From the NCBI GenBank assembly GCA_028534125.1, contig CM052818.1, positions 2,482,001 to 2,546,000 of the forward strand: a DNA stretch of 64,000 nt. Reading direction: 5' to 3'. The notes beneath the pieces are model-generated. The model was not told the DNA's origin, searched no databases, and was given only the letters and a program-made list of their open reading frames with translations. This document shows positions 1 to 14,484 of this stretch, piece by piece. Origin of the DNA: Lama glama. Taxonomy: Eukaryota. How positions within the stretch are numbered: position 1 is the stretch's first letter; every line of letters starts with the position of its first letter. A program made the position numbers and the translations under genes.

Positions 1-1989
1 TCTAACAAAGGAGCTGCCCAATAAATGTTAGTTCCACACTCCCTACCCTCACTCCACTGAGCAGGGGCCTTTCAGGCAGACAAATCACAGTCCTAAGCAT
101 CACTATCTTTTAAATCTGTCTCTGCAAAGCAGAGAGTAGTTAAAATTTAGACAGGTCAAAAAAAAAAAAAAAGCCTAAGAGATGAGCAAAAGCAGAAATT
201 ATAAAAATAATTTCTATCCCTATTCACACACAACCTCTTTCTATCTTAACAGATTCTTAAGAATACAGTTAGCTCTCCAGAAAACAAAACCTATCTTTGA
301 AGAACTACAATATAATACATGCTCTGGAGGCCCAAAGGTGAAAGCAATCCAAAAAGTCAGCTGTGCTTTATAAAACACTGTTTTGAAAAAATTAATTCCC
401 AATAATGTTAAAATCTTAAAAACAAAAAACAAAAAAAACCTCAAAATGCAAAAAGATTTAAAAAAGGCAAGCTCCTCAACCACACAATAGTATGTTCCAG
501 TCTAAACACTAAAAACACTTTTTCCTTGGCTATTATAAACTGAAAATCTAGTTATCCACATAGATTCACTGAAGCGCTGGCATTTAAACAATCAAATATT
601 ATTGACTCCAGAATCTAAAAAGGGAAGTGATGGAATTTGGGATTTTCATTAAAATTAATCTAGTAAACAAAGGATGCACATCAGCAGGAGGGAAGGGAGC
701 AGCTGGTGGATGAGGGAAGTCTAATGAAGCACAACTGACAAAAATATTTGTTGTGGAAGTTGAGTGACGGGTCCATAAGAATTTATTACCTTTCCTCTCT
801 ACTTTTTTTTACATGTTTGAAAATTACCAAAATAAAAAGTCAAAGTGCTAAATATTAGGTATATTTTTAACAGAAAGCAAAAAAGGGGTGTGGGAGAGTA
901 TAAAACCGACATAATTTCATACTTCTCAATCTAACATTATCACACCAAGGTCTAACAAAAGCCAAGAGCAGCTAATTTGTTATGATTAACAGGAATGTAC
1001 ATGTAACAAATGCAGATTTAAGTCTAAAATCTCATTTTAGTTCATTTTTACCTACATCTTTCCTTCCCACCTGACTCAAATGACAGCATTTATTAAACAG
1101 TTTCATATTTCACTTTCTGTTTCATTCTACCTTTTGGTAGGAAAAAACTACTTGTGGGATGAAGAAAGTAAAATCAAGCAAAACAAGCAAAGGGCTCTTG
1201 ATACGAAACCTCTGATTAAGAATTAGGTTACACCACACCAAAGAAAACAAACCCTCAGTTTTTCAAGAATGAAACTGATATAACCTAAAAACAGCGTGAT
1301 AAGAAACAAGAACTAGTAAGACAAGGGTAAATTTGGCATTAACACATGGAAAACAACTGAGCAGACAACAATTATAAAGCCTTTTTCATTTAACTCCAGT
1401 TCTGGCCATAAAGAGGTTCCTTAACTTATCAGAATTTATGGAGAGTCAACTTCATTAAACTAAGTAGGAAAATCTGAGATCTGAGTTCTTAATTATTAAC
1501 TTCTTTGAAAGTAACTGCAATTAAATTATACTAACCCTTTAAAATAAATTTTATTCCTGATGATAAAAATAACATGCTCGTTAAAATAAAAAGTAGTAAA
1601 TGAAATCCTTACCAGTGAACTACTAGCTTGATATAATTCTAGTTTTCTGTACGTTCATACATACATGGATGGGAAGGGGAGGAGGGTATAGCAAACTTTA
1701 CTATACTACTGAACTATACTACTTGTTATTTTTAATCAGCATTTTCCTGTATTTAAAAATCTTCAAAAATATGGTATTTTATGGTCACAAAACATTTTGA
1801 ACTCCTAAAAATTATTTTGACAAGTAGCAGTTCAAAACTCTTCTACATTCTACTAAGAACTAACATATGCCACTCTTAAACAAGAAATAGTCAATGTCAA
1901 CCATAAAAATTCTTTTAGAAGCATCTAGATGAAAATGAGTTCTTGAGGTAGACATGAAGAAATGAATTAAAAAGATATCACCATTATAC

Positions 1990-2110
1990 CTCATGAGATA
2001 TTTCTGAGATATCCACCACCATGGACAATCAAAAACTACCTGCTTTTTTGATGCAGTCTTTCAGAAGGAAGGGAATCCTTAATTTTCTTTACAAATATTG
2101 ATAAACAAAT
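1990..2110 (-). other. Candidate internal (probably 5'UTR) exon of the minus-strand gene starting at the 9.2 kb CpG island
   Basis: Minus-strand acceptor tttatatttttagatttcAG ends at 2111. Possible donors are CAG|GTAGTT (exon 2040-2110, 71 nt) or GAG|GTATAA (exon 1990-2110, 121 nt). The sequence is non-repetitive. Gene not recognised. Confidence 0.5.
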
Positions 2111-3599
2111 CTGAAATCTAAAAATATAAAAGCATCATCAAGAATTAGCCAGATCATGATATCTCCATTAGATTAATAAAAAGATTTACATTAAATCCCA
2201 TACTTGAACTTGACAGCACTTCATGGTTTAAAAGCACTTTGATTTTCATTATCTCATTTAAGCCTTACAACAACCCTGTGGGCAAGTGAATCTAAGTTTG
2301 CAGATTAAGTAAAGCCTTAGAACTAAGTGGCAAGGTCACAAATAGAATCCATAATTCCTCTCAGTGTTCTTTCCATGCTGTATTCTAAACACATAAAATT
2401 TATTTTATAGCTTTGCTTTTTCTAATTTTTTAAAAAAGCAAAACATGTTCATTACCATCCTCCCCTAGAAGAAAGAAAAATCATCCTCATGACACACAGA
2501 AAAGAATAAAAAGTTTTCTATAATCTTATCGCAAAGGGAAAATTACCATTAACATTATACACCCACATAACTCATTTGATACCCTTTCTTGGAGCAATTG
2601 TTTGTCTCAGAATATATAAAATCTTTCACACTTTAAGAATGCAGATACTACACCAGCCAGTTAATACAGGGTGAATACAAGTCATTCTGTGCTTTTTTTC
2701 AGTGTAACTGTTACTCAATCTTCTAATCTTCTCTAGTATATAGATATGTTAAAAATGCCAAACGTGGTACCTCAATGAAATTATCCAAGAAACAGAAAGA
2801 AAAAAATAAGCAGAAAATTAGAAATAGTTTTATCATGAAGGACATCACAACTTCACTGCTACCTGGAAAGACTGATAACCATGATTTCAAACTTGAAAGA
2901 AAATGGAAGATCAACTTACTAACAATGCACAATATCAGGAACAGATCACCATGAAAACCATTAACAATCTTATATAGCAATGATTTAATAGTTATTATTT
3001 CCAGGAAAACAACTTGTTGATAAACAGGATATGTGAGTATAATCTGATGATTTTCTTTTTTTAGGATTATGTGCATGCATAAATGGGTCTCTAAAGACAA
3101 CATAGTATTCATAATAAATGATGCTCCCCCTGAGATGTTCATTGGTGGTCCTGCTTATTACTTTGCTTATTACCTCAACAAATACAACACATTAGTCCAA
3201 GAGAAACCACCAGATCCAAGTTGGAGTAAAGAAATCTCTTCTGGGATTTTTTTAACTAGAAATAAGGAAGGTCGTGAATGCTGATAAAACTCAAATGCTG
3301 TTGATAGCATACTTACTGCCTTAGGAAGAAAGCACAAACACTGAAACAAAATAAAGCCAATAAACAGGAAAGCAGGACCAACGGGTAAATACAGTATTGA
3401 AGACACTCACTAATCAGTTCCAATTGTTCTTGAGGTCAAACTACACCCTTGCCCTCCTTGCCATTTGATTGTTCACTTTAAGTGCATGAGCCAAAAATTG
3501 TTCCCATCTGCCTAAAACGGGTTTCCAAAATCTTCAGTTAAGAATACCTAAACTACCTGGCCAAATGCCTTAAAATGGCAAATGCTTTAAAGTCTTCAC

Positions 3600-5080
3600 A
3601 AAGTACAAAAAATTATATATAATGTTACTTTATATAAAAAAAAGGAAATAAGAAAACCTATCTGCTTATGGTTACAAAAATAGACAGGGTAACACAGAAA
3701 ACAATGAAGTTGGTTATTTATAAGGGGCAACAGAGACAACTGAAAGGAAATAAATGGGAATGATAGTTCATGGAGTATATCTTACTACATAGTTCTGATT
3801 TTTAGAAGCATGTTAACAATCTACATTAAAAAAAAAATTAAAACAAGGATGGGAGGGAGGCAAAAAAAGCTAAACCTGAAAGCAAACTAATTCATTTTTC
3901 AAATAAGTACCGTAACTCACTGATGGGGAAAAACACTAATGCAAGTAATTTATGAACACACTATTTGATTTATACACTCTCAGTTGTGGTGGAGCTAGAA
4001 GAAAAGGGAGAACTACAAACAAATTCTCTTTTTAGTAGTTTATTTTGTTTTTTGCTTTTTTTTTTGTAGTGGTATGGGAGAGGCAATCCTTAAATTACTG
4101 TAGATAATGGTAATGAGTAAATAAGCAAATGTTTTGATAGTGCTGGGAACCAGAGCTCTTACTGTGGAAAACAAGACATATATATGTATCTGTGTGTGTG
4201 TGTATATATATACATATATATGAGAAACATATATATATATATATATATAAGAAATGGGAGAAAGCAAGAAAGAACTGGAAAGTAATAAGTTACAAATAAC
4301 TGCGAAGACCAGGAGTCCATAACTCCATACCAATCAATCACTATAAATGTACAGAAACTGCTAAGTTGGAAAATCTTTTTGTAACCAATATAGTAATGTA
4401 AAGACTGGCTCAGACAAGAATCATCTATACATGTTAAACCTTGAGTGAAATTTTGAAAAGGAATAGAACATTTGCATAGTCTTGAAATATCTTTCCACAG
4501 ATCAATTAGTTCAAGGGGAAAAGAAAAATCAAATGTTTTAACTAGACATATGATCAAACATCATATTATCCATGAGAAGCAGATGGACTTCATGCATCTC
4601 CAATCTGACACCACTGGGGAAAATAGCAGTTTGAGTTTTCTGGCCAGGGACACATAATTTGAATCTATTCAAGAGAAAACACCAAAAAAAAAAAAAATCC
4701 AAAATAAGAAATGTTCTATTAAAAAAAAAAAGCAGATAGTATTTTTCAAAAATGTCAACTTCACAAAAGATAAAGTGACTAGAGAAATATTCCAGAGAAA
4801 GGAATACTAAGAAACATGACAACGAAATGCAATTACCTAACCCTAGACAGACTCTGTACTGGAGGGGGCAAAAACATGCTGTAAGAAACATTATTGAGCC
4901 AACTAATAAAATCAGAATGTGGTTAAAAAAAAAAACTGATTGATAACTGTACTATAACTACAAAAGAAAACAGCTTATTCTTAGGACATAAACTATTAAA
5001 CTAATTAATACACTAATAACCCATATAGGAGCACAATACATGCACCTTATTCTCAAGACAGTTCAGGAAAAAAATAGGGG
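3600..5080 (+). mobile_element. Old L1 (L1MC/L1MD-like) 3' region, degraded
   Basis: A-rich sequence with L1MC-type 3'UTR motifs, an internal (TA)n at ~4180-4250 and no ORF. Boundaries approximate. Confidence 0.55.
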
Positions 5081-7194
5081 TGAGTGGGTGCATGTGAGCT
5101 GGCAAAGGACAAAGGGAAGGGAAATAAGGAATTCACCCATCAGCAAACAGTTAAATTAATTCAAAACTAGTGAATCAACACTGGACTATCTAACATCTTA
5201 GAATTATATGCTAAGTCAGAAAAGGACATAAGCAAGTATGCCAACAGGCAGAAAGCCGGCAATATGGTAAAGAGCATCAGCTCTAAGCACATTTTTGGAT
5301 TTGGTTGTTCTTTTTGTGCATCATGTTCACTCCCTAACTACTGACTGTTAGTCAGCCCATTACGCAATTCATAATAATCTGATCTTCGGGGAAATTTCCA
5401 CTGATCTGAAGATACCCACCCTGCTAGAAGGGGTGCGCCAGCAAGTGACTTCATGCAAAATTGAGTAACTCCCATAAGTAAAATTTAGCACTAATGTAGC
5501 ATAGTGTTTTTTAAGAACTCAGACCCTAGACTCAAGTGTTTTAATGCTGATCCTGTTGCTTGCTAAAAATGTGACCCTGAGCAAGCTGATTACCCAAGCC
5601 TCAGTGTAACGACACAGAATGTTGGTGTCAAGACGGGTTAAAATTACACCCCTTGACATACAACAGATACTTAAAAAATGTTAAATAGTAAACAAAATGT
5701 TTTATTTAAGAAGCAGGTAGTTGTTTGCTCCTTTTATTAAGACGGGTAATTTCTGAAAATTTCAATACGGTAGTAGAAACAGAAATTAAGTTAATATGTG
5801 TATTTACACACATATGTGTATGGTGTCTAAGAAACAACTGGGGAAATCTGAATATTGACTGAACATCTTAATATTAAGGAACTATTTTAGGTGTGATAAG
5901 CATGCTTTTTCCTAAATATTTTAAAGAAAAATTCCAAACTATAAATTAACGAATAATATGAGATTTACTTAAAAATAACAGGGTGGAGGGTAGAGACAAG
6001 ATTGACCATTAGCTTCTAACTGCTGAAACCAGCTGACAGACACATGAGCGAATCATATAATACACTCTGTTTCGTGTGTTCAATAAAAAAATTTTTTTAA
6101 AGTGAAGAAATTCAAAAGAAAAGAAAGTTGGCAACATTCACTCATTAGCAGGGACAACAGGGAAATCAGTTGAAAGTTTAATAAAAAAATGAAGACTGGA
6201 AACGAGGCAGGGGAAAAAGTATAAAAACTGCAGAATGACTGCAACAGTAAGTATATACATTTTTAAGGGGTTCAAGAGAGTTGAAAAATAATCCAAAATA
6301 CATGTACTCCAAGGTAAGCACTAAGAAAATATCAAAATATGTGTACCTTGAAACTCTTTATACTCCCTGAACATTTCTCTTTTCTACAGAAAGCTCATTA
6401 TTCTTGATCCTCAATGATTATTATTGGAGCTATGTTTTATTTCTATACTTCAGCTTTTCCCTACCATTATTTCTTCCTTTCCATTATTCTGTTATTTTCC
6501 ATATACCTATCTTCCTTCTATTTTCATTTCAGCCACAAATTTCAGACTACAGTAAATAAAGTTGAAGCAATGTTAGCATAAATTGGATACAAAGATGGCT
6601 TAACAGCTTTAGCCACAAATGTAATTACTCTCAGTTTGGAGGATCTCTAAACCACATTTTAACACCCAGTAGCTTGTTTCCTTGCAAAACAGCCCAAAAT
6701 GTGTTATTGGATACCTATACTGGAAGCAGTGTTTCTTAATATATAAAGCATTTTATTAATTATTTGGGCAGGTATTTCCTAAACTTGATAAGGATACATT
6801 AAGCCATAGGAGGAAGAGCTCGATTTGGACTCCAAGGGCCTGTGTTCTGATCCAGAGAGTGAATAAGTTAAGGATAAGCTGAATCAGCTGAGCTCATTCA
6901 CTCAGCATGTGAGCATCTAATACATACTAGGCACTGGAATAGATACAAAGATGAGCGTAACAACCATGTAAGTAAATGGTTACAATGTATTTTGATAAGT
7001 GCCACAAGAGAGGTGTAAAGTTTATAGATTAGCAAAATATTTTAATGAAAGATTAGATGATCTTTCAGCTCCAAAACTCTATCAATTTTATCAAAATTCC
7101 TTTCAGCCTTTTCTTTTTAATTAAGAGGGAGTAGCCACAGGTTACAATTTTCTATCAAAAGATGCTGCCTAAGCACTTAAAAATTTGCAACCGC

Positions 7195-7435
7195 AACAGC
7201 TAACATTTATTAAGCACCTAGTATGTACCAAGGGATAGGGGCTTTTCATACACTGTCTCACTTAATCCTCACAATAATCCCAAACAAGTAGTATTATCAC
7301 TATTTTACAGATAAGGAAACAAAAATTCAGAAAGACTAAAATAATTTTTAACTCCAAATCGCACTCATATAGTAAAAGGAAAACAGGGATTCAAAGTCTG
7401 ATCTTCTGATTCCAAAGTCTATTCTCTTTTCACTA
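7195..7435 (-). mobile_element. MIR SINE
   Basis: MIR core cttaatcctcacaataatcc...attttacagataaggaaac. Confidence 0.75.
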
Positions 7436-8549
7436 TTTATCTCATTTTCTTTCACTACATAAGAATTTCCAGAGATCACCTTCTTAAGAGCACCCAAGAG
7501 AACTTTTAAGACAGTATGAAGTACAAAGTGATCACTGATTGTATTTTTTTAAACTGGAGTATCTGCTGTATACACCCTCCAAAACAAAATACAAAAGATT
7601 ACAAACCTAAAATATAACCAATACTCAAGGTAACAGATATATGTGACACGACTAAATACATTCTGAAAACTAGTTAATGAAAACGAATGAGGAATTGTGA
7701 TTTCTTCCAACTGTTTTATCTTCACCCTCACTTGGTGCCAACAAAAACAATCAGGAAGGGACTGGCCCAGCATATTTTAGTGTATTAACAACATGTTGAT
7801 TCCACTAATTATTTAAAAGTGTGTATCACAGAATATGAGAACACAAAATAAAGTGTATATGAAATACCGTCAAAAAAAAAAAAAAACCCGCAACATAAGC
7901 CCACTAAGTCTAGAATACCTAACCATCAACAATATTTAAAGATGTGTTGGAGTCATGTAAATTTTGCGTCACTTTTCCTTTATCAACTTCATTACACTCA
8001 CTTTTTCTTTTAATTTTTTTCAGTTTATCCATGATAATTGCGAATGTGAACCAGCAAACATCCTTTAAAAATAAGTTAACCCTCTACAACAAATAAAGAA
8101 AAAAAAATGTGTGTGTGCACAATTCCGAAGCTGGTTAGAAAAAGAGTCTGAATCAACATAAATCGAGGGATCCTAGTAACAAGTTTTTCTTCAGAACTCC
8201 TCCGGATTAAAATAGTATTTCCCCCCAAATTTCGCCAAAGAGCAAATTCTAAGACCAAGAAAAAACATAGCTTGAGGCAGCCTTCACTGCCTAGTTCAAT
8301 TAAAGATTTTAAAAGTCTCCCTCATTCACAGTTATTTCAAACAACAAAAGATTTGTTTTAGATGTCTTCAAGGATTCTCGTACAGGGTATAAATTCTACC
8401 CCCACCTTCAACAGAACGGGGCCGAAGCCAGGAATCACACAAAACTAAATCACTAACGATCCGCATTCTCGATTCCTCTGAGAAATTCTGAAATAAGTAT
8501 CAGAGCAGTTCATGAGCCCTCCGTATCCCGCACAGAGGTGACATTTCCT

Positions 8550-9500
8550 TTGCTTTCATGCCCGCACAAGGCAGACGGAGGAAACACCAACCGCAAATGC
8601 CGCAGACCACCACGTCCCCCCTTCACCCCAGCTCCCCTTTCCCCGGCCCCAAACACAAACACGCTCTTCTCTCCACGCTTCTTGCACAATGTCGCTTGCT
8701 AAAGGGCTCAGCTCGAGCTCCACCGCCTCTCCTCCAGGCCCGACGGGAACGGTTCCTCCCTCGGCGACGCTCCCGCACCACCGCTTCCTCCGGCTGTCAG
8801 GCCCGGCGCGGTCTCGGCAGGCCCTGCGCCGATGGGGAAGGGGCCGCCACGGCCTTGCCAAAGGGCTGTTTTCGTTCCTCGGCCCAGCGCAACGGCGTCA
8901 GGCGGCTCTTCCTGAGGCAGAGTCCTAGCACCGGAGCCCGACCCGGCCCTCCGGGGCAGCGCGGTGAGCCGACGCGGTGGCGGGGCGGCCGAGCTCCCCT
9001 TCCCATCCCGGGGGTCCCCCAAACTCCTCCCGCCCCCGCCGTCTGCCCGCCGCCATTTTGTGCGCAGCCGCTGCGACACAGATACAATAGTCGGCCCGGA
9101 TCTCACAGAAGAGGCTCAGGACCCCCGCGCTATGGGCTCCCGCCTTCCAGCCCCCTGCTCCCCACAAGGCAGCCGTCCGACCTATGCCTACCCGACTAAC
9201 AGCCGGATCCCATTTGCGCCCCACACAGTTTAGCACTCAGCCTCCAGTCTCGACGCCGAAGAAGCTACCGCCTCCAGAGAGCTGCACGCATGCGCGCCTG
9301 TCGAGCCTTCGCTAGCCCTCATCGGCTCCCGGCGCCTGCGTATCGCCGGCACCGCGCTCTCCCCGAGGCACGGGAAAGGGGCCAGAGGGACTTGGTTCCG
9401 GAAGGGGGCGCTCTCGCGTCGGCGTTCTCGCAAAACTGGGGCAACAGTGGCTCTGCCTGCCGTGAGCCAGTCCTGCGTTGTCCTGTCCCTGCGGGTAGGT
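8550..9500. promoter_or_regulatory. CpG island promoter of a minus-strand housekeeping-type gene
   Basis: High GC and CpG density. NRF1-like CACGCATGCGCG at 9285-9296, YY1 CAAAATGGCGGC (minus) at 9049-9060, ETS CCGGAAG at 9398-9404, GC box at ~9029-9040. Confidence 0.9.
9192..9280 (-). other. Candidate non-coding first exon
   Basis: Starts just downstream of the NRF1 motif. Donor CGG|GTAGGC at 9191, alternative TCT|GTGAGA at 9106. YY1 orientation supports the minus strand. TSS not determinable. Confidence 0.45.
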
Positions 9501-10149
9501 AAGACCTGCACTGTCTCACCTCCTCCATGAAGTCTTCCCTGATCATTATTGCCTTCAATAATACATTAAAACACATAGTATTCATCTGACATTGGATATC
9601 GTAATGCTTTGTGTGGTTAAGATTTAGCCTGCTTTTATCCTCTCTATAGATACATATAGACACAGGAATAGATGTGGATTTGAATCCCTATAGCAATGAT
9701 GCGAGGTATAGCATAGACACTGAAAATGTCAGGAAATTTGAATTCAACTAAAGCCTATTGAGCTAAAAGCTTAATACTTTGAAAATCCTTTCTCGAGTCG
9801 CTTCACAATAAAGATACCTACCTAAAGTGGTAGGTATTTTTAACCTTTATTTTAATTGTTAAAAACTTTAGGTTGAGAGAACTTGAGTAACCTCTCAAGG
9901 TTACTCCACTACATCAACATAAAAATTCAATCACTGGGCAAAATCTGGTAAAACTCACATGTCCTGCCCTATGGACACCACACAATTCACACCATCTACC
10001 CTGAGTCTCAAGCATCAGCCTTACCTAGTACCCAAGCAGATGTATTTCTTTTATTCTCATTAAAATAAGCATAGAAAAGGCTGAAAGAAAAGTCTTTTAT
10101 AAAATATATCTTATCAGAGTTTCATTTCAAACTAAAAGTCCTGCTAAAA

Positions 10150-10653
10150 CCCTAATTCTAAAAGATACATGCACCCCAATGTTCACAACAGCACTATTTA
10201 CAATAGGCAAGACATGAAAATAACCTACATGTCCACTGACATTTTATATATACAACAGAATACTACTCAGCCATAAAAAAGAATAAAATCATGCCATTTG
10301 CAGCAACATGGATGGACCTAGAAATCGTCATTTTAAGTAAAATAAGCCAGAAAGAGAAAGAAAAATACCATACAATATCACTTATATGTGGAATCTTAAA
10401 AAAAAAAAAAGACATAAATGAACTTATTGACAAAACAGACAGACTCACAGACATAGAAAACACACTTACCGGAGTGTTACCGGAGAGGAAAGGGGTGAGG
10501 AGAGAGAAACAGAGTTTGGGATTTGCAGATACTAACTACTATAAATAAAACAGATAAAACAACAAGGTCCTACTGTTTAGCATAGGGAACTATATTCAAT
10601 ACCTTGTAATGGCCTATAATGAAAAAGAATATGAAAAGGGATAGGTAGGTAGA

Positions 10654-10686
<33 letters not shown>

Positions 10687-10758
10687 TGTATCACTATGCT
10701 GTACACCAGCAATTAACACAACATTGTAAATTGACTATACTTCAATAAAAAAAAAAAA
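10150..10758 (+). mobile_element. 5'-truncated young L1 (3' end) with poly(A)
   Basis: ORF2 C-terminus MPFAATWMDLEIVILS, L1 3'UTR, AATAAA+A tail, flanking repeats aaagtcctgcta / aaactcctgcta. Confidence 0.92.
10640..10686 (+). repeat. Compound (GGTA)(GATA)n(GACA)n microsatellite within L1 3'UTR
   Basis: Read directly from the sequence. Confidence 0.9.
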
Positions 10759-11769
10759 CTCCTGCTAGAGGAAACAAGCCAAAAACAAAAAAGAAAAAAC
10801 CAACAAGCTCTCCCAAAACTCCAAATAACAAATGTTAACTTTAATATTTATTTCCTTCCATATATTTCTTTCTATTCCTACAAACATACACAAATACAAA
10901 CAGCCTTACCAAATGATAGTTTTATTTCCAAGGACAAGAATCCCAAGTGAGACAGCTAGATTACAAGAGAAAGCAAGAAAGAAAGCAAGAAAGCAAGAGA
11001 GGAAGGAAGGAAGGAAGGAAGGAAGAAAATTTAATTTTACTAGATTATTGTCAGAATACTTTCAAAAAAGCTTATACAAATTCCCACTGTCACTAAACAG
11101 GTAAGAGAATGGACATTTCTCCATAACCTCACTTCTTTTCTAAACTCTGAAATAACTGAAAAATCATTGGACCTGTCTGCTCTTTAAGATTGGTAGGATT
11201 CACCTTTGAAATATCTCTTCTGGTACTTTTTCTAGGGGCTGCTCTTGAATAACTTTCTCTAGATACTTTATAATATATAATTTCATTAGATTTCTCTCTC
11301 TCCACAATCATTTCTGTAATTTACATTCTCCTAAAAAAGCATCTACTCGATCTAGGTTTTCAAATTCATTTCCCTGAGAGTTGGGCAAACTAACCACTTC
11401 AATTCTTTTCATTTCCTTTATGTCCCCTTATATGGTTTTATTTCTACAGCACCTAGCACCTTCTAACATACCATGTTATCTCTTATTATTTCTTAACTAT
11501 CTCTTTCCACTAGAACACAAGCTCTATGATGTTAGGAATATTTGTCTGTTTTCTTTACTGATTTATCTCCAATACCTAGAATGATACTTGGCACACAGTA
11601 GAAAATCAGTGCATATTTGATGAAAGAATGAACGACCCTGATGGGTTAATAAAAGAGAGTATGTATGTATGTGTGTGTGCATGAAATTGTTGAGCATCCT
11701 TTCATACCTAGTGGCCATATGCATTTCCTCTTTAAAAAAAAAAACACCCTTTAATATTACTTGCTCGTA

Positions 11770-11928
11770 TTTCTTTTTTTTCTTTTTTATTGAAGTTTTT
11801 TATTCAGTTTACAATGTTGTGTCAATTTCTGGTGTACAGCATAATATTTCAGTCATACATATACATACATGTACTTGTTTTCATATTCTTTTTCATTATA
11901 GGTTACTACAAGATATTGAGTATAGTTT
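11770..11928 (-). mobile_element. Short young L1 3' end
   Basis: Poly(T) followed by gtttacaatgttgtgtcaatttctggtgtacagc; same family as 10150-10758. Confidence 0.85.
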
Positions 11929-12489
11929 TTGCTCATATTGAGCTAACTGTCCCTTTTTTATCAGGAGATAGTGCTTGAATATAAAGAGTATAACCCTTCG
12001 TCAAATATGTTGCAGTTGGTTTCTCCCCATTAATATTTTGTTTGAGTGTCTTTTGCTATTATAAAATTTAAACATAATCAAATTTGTCAATCTATTCCTT
12101 TATAACTTCTGAATTTTTTTTTGTCTAAGAAGACTCATCTGATCACCCAGAAGCGTAAACACCCAGAAATTATACAAAAATTCTCCTAAAATTTCTGAAG
12201 TTTTGCTTACAATTTTATAAATTTATTTTTTGCAGTTAGATGCTTAGTTAATCTAAGATGTATTCTTTTTGTGATATGAAGTAGCAATCCAACTTTGTTT
12301 TCCAAATGTATTAAATCAGTCATGTGATGTTTCCAGATACTAAGTAAACCACCATTTTCCCCTTCATTGAAATGCTTCTTCCCTTTTAAAAACAGCAACA
12401 ACAAATTATTAAGTTCCTATGAAAATGGATTTAAGGACCTTCTAGTCTGTCCTACTAATCTATCTGTTTACCCATGGGCTAGGACCATT

Positions 12490-13575
12490 TATTCATTCAT
12501 TAACTAATCCAATAAATATTACTTGAGGGCCTATTCTGTGCCAAGGACTCTTCTGAGTACCAAAGAGTCAGTGACAAATCAGAAAGCAACACCAGCTCTA
12601 ACTCCGGCCCTATGACACGTACAGCTTTGATGGGAGAGATGGACAATCAGTAAGTACATAGGATGTCAGAGGGTAATAAGTGCTATGGAGAAAAACAAAC
12701 ACAGGGGTCAGGACACAGGGAACAGGAGGTGATGAGGCTTGTAATTTAAATAAGATGGTCAAGAAAGGCACCAAGAAGGCAGCATGTGAGCAGAAACCTG
12801 ACTGAAATGTGTGAATAGCTGAGCTATCTGGGAGGAACAGTATTCCAGGCAGAGTAAACACAAAATACAAAAGCAATGAGGTGAAAGCCATCTTGGCATA
12901 TGTGAGAAACAGCAAGCAGGCCAGACAGGCTGCAATAGCATGAGTAACAGGGGACATAGGGGATGGGATGGAAGGGAACCGGGAATACTTACAGGCTGTA
13001 TGAGTCAGCTTGGGCCGCTGTAACAAACACACAGTTTTGGAGGCTGGAACCCCAAGGTCAAGGTGTGGACAGGTTTGGTTTCTTGGGCTTTTCTTCTTGG
13101 CAGCTGGCCACCTTCTTGCTGTGTCCTCAAGTGGACTTTTCTCTACGCGTGTGCATCCCTGGTGTCTCGCCCTCTTCTTATAAGGACACGAGTCATATTG
13201 GATTAGGGCCCACCCAGATGACCTCATTGAACTGTAATCACTTCTTTAAAGGAAAATAAAGCCAGGGAGGGAAAATGATGAAGCAGGGGCTGGGTAAATG
13301 CTTTAGACAGGGTAATCAGGGAAGTCCTCACCAGTGAGGTGACAGCTAAGCAGAGATATAAAGAAAGAGGGGGGAAGTCATACAGATACCTGGAAGAAAG
13401 CTTTTCAATAGAGAACACATCAAGGACAAAGGCCCTGGGACCGAAGAACGTTGCACATGTCTGAGGAATAACAAGAAGGCCAGCTTAGTTGAGGTGAAGT
13501 GATGCAGAGGAAGGACAAGGATGGAGATGCAGCAAGGAGTCAGATCATGAAACTCCTTATAAACCACTCAAGGCA
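12490..13575 (-). mobile_element. L2 LINE fragments, interrupted by MaLR
   Basis: L2 3' signature attcattcat...aaatatttacttgag and purine-rich L2 body motifs. Confidence 0.7.
12997..13250. mobile_element. MaLR LTR (MLT1A/B-like)
   Basis: tgtatgagtcagcttgggccgctgtaacaaa...tcttataaggacacgagtcatattggattagggcccaccc. Confidence 0.8.
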
Positions 13576-14484
13576 ATATTGCACACTGAACAAGACACTG
13601 GATTACCCTTCTAGCCCCAGCTCTGATACTAACCTCATTGTATTTCAATATCTTACAAGGGAGAGGACTAGGTTAGCTTGCCCATAAGATGTGAGTCTGG
13701 AAATCTTCTGTAAACTGAAAGATGCTCATCAATATTCATGGCATTCCAAGAAAATATTTTTTAACTCTTAGAGTCCACTATATCCATGCTACTCCGAGCT
13801 CTTATATCATCTAGTCTCCTTGGACCACTTACAGACATTCTAATTCCCATCCAAAGATGTCAGTATTCTTGATAGAAGAAAAGCTAGCTATCCAACCCCA
13901 CATCTTTGTCTCACCATCACTCTATTCCACAATTCCCCGTCGTTTCCTTTTATGTACTCTGTTTTCTGATTGGCCAGAAGAGTACTGAGCAGCTCCATCC
14001 AGAGCTCAGCTTCTGCTTGTTCAGCACAGCCACAGCTCTAGGCCCGAACGTGTTAGAAAAAGAATAGTCATCACAAACTGTCCCCTGTGACTTGTTAACA
14101 TAAATGGGGCTTTGTTTCAGTGGCATAAAGAATCTCACTGCCATTTCATCTCAAGTGCAAGTGTCCCAATAAATAGGATCTGGGGGCAACCACTGCCCTC
14201 CTTCTGTCTTTAGAACCCAAATCTAACTATTGGGATAGACACAGGGCCAGGATGAAAGTTTGAGAAATCCCTCAGCCATTTCATGTCCTACAAAAGGACA
14301 TGAACATCAAGAAAACTTGGTTCTGCTATTTGAATTTTGTAACATTTATATATGTAACTATTTATATATATAAAATAGAAACTAAATAAAACAAGCAGTA
14401 ATTTTTCTGAGTTTGTATCAAAGCTTCTACAGTGGTGATCAGAAATCAGTTTGCCTCTTTTGTTAAGGTGGTTTCTAACTACGT

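Noticed and set aside
2723..3406. 139 aa and 78 aa minus-strand ORFs inside the gene
   Set aside because: No splice-bounded coding pattern or known homology; hydrophobic bias typical of T-rich intron
8556..9663. Many overlapping 70-213 aa ORFs on both strands
   Set aside because: Expected in stop-poor GC-rich CpG islands; low-complexity P/R/G/A composition and no recognisable domain
12610..13227. 205 aa minus-strand ORF
   Set aside because: Chimeric read-through of MaLR and L2 remnants
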